From assembly GCA_000388065.2 (NCBI GenBank), contig KB932208.1: 40,640 nucleotides of DNA. One strand, written 5' to 3'. The DNA comes from Fonticula alba ATCC 38817. Its lineage: Eukaryota > Protista > Nucleariida. Made by a program: the position numbers and the translations under genes. The notes below the pieces were generated by a model. The model saw only the letters and a list, made by a program, of their open reading frames with translations, did no database searches and had not been told where the DNA came from. Shown here in pieces: positions 34,333-40,640 of this stretch (positions within the stretch are counted from its first letter, which is position 1; each line of letters begins with the position of its first letter).

Positions 34333-34821
34333 TTTTTTTCGGCGAAAAAGACCTCCAGCCATGTGCTGTGCCCTCGCAGGACGCCTTCCCGAGAAGAGGG
34401 AGCCCCACTTCCCTGCTTCTATATCTCCCCCTGGGGGGGCGGATAGTGGGAGCAGCCTCCCCTTTTGTCATGACGGGGGGGGGGAGAGGGAGGGAGGGAG
34501 GAGAAGCAGGGAGAGGACCAGACAAAAGGAAGGGGGGGGGGGGGGGGGGGGGGGCGGCCGGGAGGCGGGTTCCGCCCTGGCCTCCTCCTCTCACTTTCGC
34601 GATGGCGCGCAGCTTCCCCTGTGCCGCGGGAATGTGCGCGCACAGGCGAAGGGAGGAACCCCTTCCTCGGGAGAGAGAGAGAGAGAGAGAGTTCATGCAA
34701 CAAGGTGGACTCAGGCCGATGTCGCACTAACGGAGGGGACATGGCGGAGCATCGAACGGAAAGAATGACGAAGTGTTGTAACAGGCGAGATTGCGCGATC
34801 CATGAAAAAAAAATCAGTCAA

Positions 34822-34827
34822 AATAAA
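34822..34827 (+). terminator. Putative polyadenylation signal AATAAA of glycogen phosphorylase
   Basis: 490 nt after the stop, in the convergent interval with RMND5. Confidence 0.5.
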
Positions 34828-35111
34828 CCCCCTCGCGCCCCGACACCATGTGCGTCCTCATGCCTGTGGCCGCTGCTGTGCCTGTCTTTGCTCAGAAAAA
34901 AAGACACCTCCCCTCCAGGCTCCGGCTCTCGCGCGGCCATGTGTCTTGTGGCTCCCTGGGAAAGCGTGGGGGCTGGGTGGAAGAGGGTGTATTTGGGGGA
35001 GCGAAGGGCCGGAGAACAAAGGGAAGGCTGTATTTTGACTTGCGCAGCGTGTGTGAGACAGGGCGTGGCGAGGGCCGGAAAAAAAAATGGCCATGAGCTG
35101 TCCGTGCGTGC

Positions 35112-38035
35112 TCAGAAGTAGATCACCTCGGCCTGGTTCTGGGGAGTCACCTTCGGGCAATAGGGGCATTTGAGAGATCCGGTGGTTGTGGTGAACCTCG
35201 CGGGGCTGGGCGGGCAGGGCCAGGGGTCGCGCGAGGGCGGGGCAAGGGAGGATAGTGTGTCGTCAGAGGGAGAGAGACGGAGAGAGGGAGAAAGCGAAAA
35301 GGGAGAGGGCTTGTCTTCAAACATGTGGCAACCACCCCTCCACCAGAACAAGGGACCGGGGAAGTCCAGGACCGGGCAGCGGACAGGCCGACCGGACACC
35401 CGGGCCGAGCCCTCATGGACGCACTAATTTTTCGTGGCCAAATTCCGAAGGGTGGTCTCGGACACGGCATGCCCGCAGGACAAGCGCATGGGCCAGTTGA
35501 AGGGGCTGGTGCGGGATTTGCTGACGGGGCAAATGAACACCGAGTGGAAGTCCATGCCTTCCTCCAGCGGGATGGGCACGGGGATTTCTTGAACTTGCGC
35601 CGCCCAGCGCTGAGCCTGTTGCGTCTGGCTCCACAGGCGCTCGGCATCGGCCGGTCGAGTCCCCGGTCCCAGCCGCGCCAGGTCCACGGGCACGCCATTG
35701 CGGAAGAGGGCCCCGTCGAAGCCGAGCCCGGCGGCGGCGCCCGGCCCGGCGGCAAGTCCGTCCCCCTCGCGGCCGGACCCGGCGGCCGCGGCCGTGTGCC
35801 GGGTCAGCGAGGAGACCAAGTCTGCCGAGGCCCCCTGGATGCGGGCAGCCTTCTCCATGGTCGGCAGGGCCACCACCCCGGCCAGGACCAAGGTCGACAG
35901 GGTGTCATTCAGGGCCGGAGTCGTGCGCGGCACCAGGAGCCCGCTCAAGGCCTGGCCGACACCGGCCCACACGGACGGATGCAGGGCCCGGCCCCAGCAG
36001 GCCGCCTCGCATGGCTGTGCCGCGCAAATGGAACAACACCCGGAGGTGCTTTTGGCCCCGGCCGGCAGGGGGGCCAGCTCGCTGGAGGAAAGACTGTCCT
36101 CGGCGGTGGAAGTACCACCGGTGGCATTTGCCCTTGGGGTCGGCTCCACCCGGGCATCGGCCACCGCCGCGCAGAAGCCCGCATCCAGGCCGAAGTGCGG
36201 GGCATAGCGCGACTGGAGCAAGCGCCGAGTCCGTTCCTCCGGCTGGCCGGTGGAGCAATACATCATGCAAACGGCCATCCGGCAGAGGGCCTCACGTGCG
36301 TGGACGCGCACCGACTCGTCTTCGGCATCCTCCGAGTCCCGATGGGGGTCCCCGTGCGCCGGGAGCATCTCGCTCGAGGTGCAGCCATCCATCCGGCGTT
36401 CCAGGCGCGCGGCGCCCCACGCCTGGATGGCGAACACCCACGATACCCCGGCGGCCTCGGCCGCAAGGAACAGGGGCTCCGGGTTGGGGATCTGCCGAAG
36501 GGGCCCGGCAAAGGGCGAGAGGAAGACCCGGGAGAAGTCAATCATGTAGAGGATGTCGGCGCCAGTCAGGTAGCCCATGAGGAAGACGATGTTCAGGAGT
36601 TGGAAGCCCACTGTGGCCAGCTCCGGCGTCAGCGGGTGCTCATACTCCACCAGGAGCCTGCCGGGGGAGAGGGGGGGGAGGGGGAGAGAAGGGGGGTTTA
36701 CAGCATCATGTACATGGCCCACCGGCGAGCGCGCGCGGGGAGGGGCCCGGGGCCGGGGGGGCGGGCAGGAGCTGGGTCAATGCCGAGACAAGGAGCGGGC
36801 TGCCGGTGAAGGGGCATCATTCCGAAGATCGCAAGGCGTGCGGAGGAAGAGCGGGGAACGGCGGCGAGGGGGGGGGGGGGGGGGGGGGGGGGGGAGCGGG
36901 GGGGGGGGGGGGGGGGGGGGGCACGCCGGGGCACGCCGGGAACGCCTGGCCGCCGCCGGGCTTTGGTGCGTCCTCCGGGGATACCCCAGGGGAGAGGGGC
37001 GGGGGAGAGCACCAGGTGAAGGGGGCGCGGGGGGGGGGGGGACAGGAGGACGAACCGCAGGGCAGGACGGACATCGCGATGGCGAAGCAGCGCCGTGGCC
37101 ACATGGGCCGCGGTGTCGGCGAAGCTGACCGGCACGCCATCAGCCACATCCTCGGCACCGGGGGCCGGGGCTAGGCGTCGATGCCCTCCACCGCTGCCGC
37201 CAGTGCCGGCATGGGTGCCGGCCATGCCGGCCGCAGGAGCACCGCCAGCGCCGCCCCACAGATCGGCCATCTCCGTGTCCAGGACACGGGCCAGGTCCAG
37301 CCGGCCAGCGGCCTCCAGGTGCGCGCGGATGAGGGCCGCCACGGCGCGGTTTTGCTCCAGGACGTTCGTTTGGCCGCTGTTGGGCAATGGCCGAAGCTCC
37401 GACCCGGGCAGGGTCTGTCCCCCCGCAGGGGGCGGGGATTCCGACAGGCGAGGGCGAGGCAGCACGGTGAGCGGGGCAGGGAGGGGGCGGCAGTAGGCAC
37501 ACGGCGCAGGGCGCCTCGCCCGGGTTGGTACCTTGTCCAGGGCCTTGCCATACCGCTGGAGGGCGTAATGGTATCGGCGGAGCTCGGCCGGATTGGCGGT
37601 GGCGTTCTTGGTGCATCGGGCCACCACCTCGCGCGCGGCTTCCGACACCTGCTTCATGACTTGCGGCCGGGAAGCCGGGTTCGGAGGGGCGGCTTCTGGC
37701 GCCAAAGCGGCCGCGCCCTCGGTCGATTCGGCTACATGACGCCACACCGCGGGTCAGCATAACGAGCATGCCTCCCCTTCCCCCCATACACACACACCCA
37801 CACACCCACACACACCGATCCCTGCCTGCGTAGCGCGGTCAATCGAATGGCCCAGGGGCGTACCCTTCCTCTCGGCGGTATCCAGCGCGGCCAGGAGCTG
37901 GTAGAGCCTGCGCAGGTCCGCAAGCTGGGCATCAATGCCGGAGAGAATGAGGTCGGTGAACTGTTCGTGTGCCTGGGCCAGGCTGAGGGTCTCGCCCTCG
38001 AGGCCCTGGAGCGATTCCAGCTCGCCAGTCATCAT
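35112..38035 (-). CDS. RMND5: RMND5/Gid2 RING subunit of the GID/CTLH E3 ligase, about 701 aa, 5 exons: 38035-37816, 37731-37532, 37414-37056, 36657-35425, 35205-35112
   Basis: YGKALDK, a LisH-like AVAALIRAHLEAAGRLDLARVL, a CTLH-like RHRDVRPALRLL, and the degenerate RING EIPVPIPL...FHSVFICPVSK...NWPMRLSCGHAVS...LKCPYCP...AEVIYF*. Phases 1,0,2,2 are consistent. Intron 2 (117 nt) is stop-free and in frame, so it may be retained. Confidence 0.9.
36868..36921 (+). repeat. Poly-G tracts inside RMND5 intron 3 (poly-C on the sense strand)
   Basis: Read directly. Confidence 0.85.
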
Positions 38036-38174
38036 GCAGGGAGTGGCTTCGGGCAGTGTGGAGCAACGCCAATGCACACACACACACACACATACAGGGA
38101 CTTGAGTGCAGAGAAAGTTGCCGGGGGGGGGAAGTGTAGGAAAGGCGAGGAGGCGGGTGCGAGTCGTGTATGTG

Positions 38175-38207
<33 letters not shown>

Positions 38208-39799
38208 GAAGAGGGGATATGAGTGAGGGCGCAAAGCGACATGGGTAGCGCCAGACATGTCACCTGGGGTCCCGGGAAAGGCCAACATCAATGGGCGGAC
38301 CGAGGGGTTCGGACAAGGGCACATCCTGCTGCCGCGGATCCTCGATCTGACATCGCAGCAAAGAGACCCGAGGTCAGCAACTAGGCCACAGGCCGTGGGG
38401 GGGGGGGGGGGGATGTGCAAGTCGCGCCGACAGCTAGATCCCAGGCGAGGCCCTGCCCCGACAGCCAAATCCACGGTGGGGCGTGTCGGGGTGAAGAGGG
38501 TCCCGGGCGCCGCACGGACCGGCTTAGCCGCAATCCGGTCCTGGCCGAGGGCAGGCTCGCCAGAATCCCAGCACATGCTGCGTGTTCAGGGCAAACGCAG
38601 GAAGGTGACCAAGAAGGGAACGCCGCGGCCGACGAGAGTGGTGGGGTAGCAACGCCGTCATGACAGTGAGATTGAGGGCTATGCTGATTGTCTTGTCGCG
38701 TGACCCCATAACGCCATTCTACCTGCGGACATTTGAACGCCCAAGTTCCGGCGCGCCCCCGGCCGGCGGCCGCCTTCGGGGCCGTGTCGTTAAGAACTGT
38801 GGTGGTCAGGCAACCGGCCGCCGGGGGGGAAGGTGCCGGGGCCGGGAAGACTGGAGCAGCGAAAAGAAAAAAAAAAAAAGGAGAGAAGGACACAACCGGA
38901 GAAAATATCCCCCGGCCAGAGGGTATGCCCCCACGGTGATATCTTGGTGTCTTGCCACTTTGCTCCTCCGCTGCCAGGGCCCCCTCGCGCGTGTCTCACG
39001 TCCCCGGCCTGGGGATGGAGGAGGAGCACATGTGGCTGCCTCGAAGTCTGTTCCTGGGCCTCGCGAGCGTGCCTGCAAAGGAGCCCTCGCCCGCTGCCAG
39101 GCCGCAGGCGGGCGCGCGGGTTCGTCAGGCAAACACCCGGGCGCCGGGGACGGCTGGGGAGATGGCGCGGCAATTGATTTCTTCGACCAATCATGACCCT
39201 CCAACAAATGTCGTTATCCAGGGAGCGCGCGTAGGTGCGTCGGCGACTGGCGGGAGGGAGCTCCGGCGGCAGTCCGTCCCGTCGAGGAATGGGCCGGAAA
39301 CAGGGAGGGCAAGAGAGACAGAGGGAGAGAGAGAGAGAGAGGGAGAGAGAGAGAGCGAGAGCATGCGTCTGGGACACACGCCCCGGGAGACAGGCGGCAA
39401 ATGGGCCCGTCCCTGGCCCGGCCCCCCCGGCCGGGGGATTCCAGCACCTCCTTTCTCGGGCTCCCGGGCTCTGGGCGTGGCGAGGACGCGCCCGTCCTGA
39501 AAAGCGCCCCGTCGGCTGCCAGAACTGTTGTCCCCGCCCTCCCCCCGCCCGAGGGCGGACAAGGCCCGGGTGTTCGTCCCTTTTTTCCCAGCGAGGGAAC
39601 AGGCCGGCGGTGCAGAGACGGTCCGGAGGATGTCCTCGCCAAGGGCCGGCGGTTTCCAGAAGGACGTCGCGCTGTGGGGCGCAGGCCCGGCGAGACAGCA
39701 GCGAACGACACACGATCGCTCCCCTTTCTTTCCGCCGCCCCCCCCCCCACCCCCGGCCGTGCTGGGCCATTTCCAACTGGCAGGGCCGTTCTCCAGGTG

Positions 39800-39880
39800 N
39801 NNNNNNNNNNNNNNNNNNNNNNNNNNNNNNNNNNNNNNNNNNNNNNNNNNNNNNNNNNNNNNNNNNNNNNNNNNNNNNNN
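39800..39880. other. Assembly gap (81 N)
   Basis: Run of N. Confidence 1.
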
Positions 39881-39918
39881 CCCCAAGGGGAGTTTCATAT
39901 GAGTCCCTGGGCGGGCTC

Positions 39919-40015
39919 GCCGCACGTCTGCTCCGCTCTCGCTGCCCGCCCTTGGGGCTCCCTTTGTCAACGGGCGCCCCCAGGGCGGGCTGCGAGTGCG
40001 GAGCAGACGTGCGGC
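39919..40015. repeat. Near-perfect inverted repeat (48-bp arms, 43/48 Watson-Crick), overlapping a 30-nt direct repeat (39946-39975 / 40019-40048)
   Basis: Arm 39919-39966 pairs with 39968-40015, with mismatches at 39937, 39943, 39953, 39959 and 39963. CCGCCCTTGGGGCTCCCTTTGTCAACGGGC occurs twice. Confidence 0.9.
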
Positions 40016-40640
40016 TGGCCGCCCTTGGGGCTCCCTTTGTCAACGGGCTCCGGGGCTATATGCCCAGGCCCTCCAAAAACAGCCTCCCGCGTGAAGGGGG
40101 CGGCTTCTGGTCCAAATGAAGTTGGTGGTAGTGAGAAGGACGACGCCGGTGCGTGCCTATGCGTGTGCCAGCAAACAGTGCCTCCCAGGCAGACGGGCGA
40201 GTGGGGCCTCGGGACAGAGCATCAAAGGGGAAACACTCGCCAGTCCCATTTAAAAATACACTTTCTTATATCTCCCGTCTAGACCCGGGCCGTTCGGACT
40301 GGACGCACGGGGGGGGGGGGGACATGCAACCACCGAGGACGCCCCATCATTCGCGCCCTTCCCCGTTGTCCCTGGGGGGGAGGGGGGGGCGGGGCGCCCG
40401 GGCATATTCACCCCCCTCGGGCTCCCCGCACGCTTCCCCGGTCAGGGGTTGCCCGGTCGGCATCCGGGCCCACGAAGTGTGGGGGGCCGTGTTCTCTGGG
40501 GTCATGCGCCGGTGGGCTGCCGGCTCCCCGGTCCGCGGTCCTCGGTGTGTGCCGTCCCCTTCCCACTGTCTCTCCATCTCTCTCCCCGGCTCTCCCTGCC
40601 GGTGTCTCTAGCCTGGTTGTCAAAATTTCCCCCCCCCCCC

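Noticed and set aside
29075-38035. Functional clustering (glycogen phosphorylase next to the GID/CTLH ligase subunit; two spliceosomal genes; two small GTPases)
   Set aside because: These are eukaryotic housekeeping genes in mixed orientation. Adjacency alone gives no evidence of co-regulation without conserved synteny.
38877-38889. AAAGGAGAGAAGG matching part of U6atac snRNA
   Set aside because: It lies at the end of a poly-A/purine run and is not followed by the catalytic UUAGC or any U6atac stem. Chance match.

Overview
This is very GC-rich, intron-containing eukaryotic DNA from a draft short-read scaffold, with four N-gaps, long C/G homopolymers and one embedded Illumina adapter. There is no prokaryotic operon, CRISPR array or recognisable transposon. 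The protein families and intron positions suggest a unicellular opisthokont. A nucleariid/Fonticula-like amoeba is my inference and cannot be proven from this window. Ten genes were reconstructed by hand, with exon phases checked: Rac1 (+), a stand-alone FIST-domain protein (-), RNPC3/U11-U12-65K (-), a secreted calcineurin-like metallophosphoesterase (-), Rab1 (+), SNRNP40/U5-40K (+), an Sds3/BRMS1-like protein (+), pterin-4a-carbinolamine dehydratase (-), glycogen phosphorylase (+) and RMND5/Gid2 (-). Most other ORFs in the track are GC-driven artefacts. Best leads: (1) the 30 reconstructed 5' splice sites have no A at +4 (26 C, 4 T; modal GTGCGT), predicting altered U6/U1/METTL16 recognition; (2) a minor-spliceosome 65K protein has an eroded RRM1 and a frameshifting alternative 3' splice site; (3) the secreted phosphoesterase looks bacterial and carries an unexplained C-terminal module; (4) a near-perfect 48-bp hairpin/palindromic array lies at 39.9-40.05 kb; (5) long poly-C tracts track the sense strand. 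The tandem duplication of Rab1 exon 1 is an adapter-chimera artefact.
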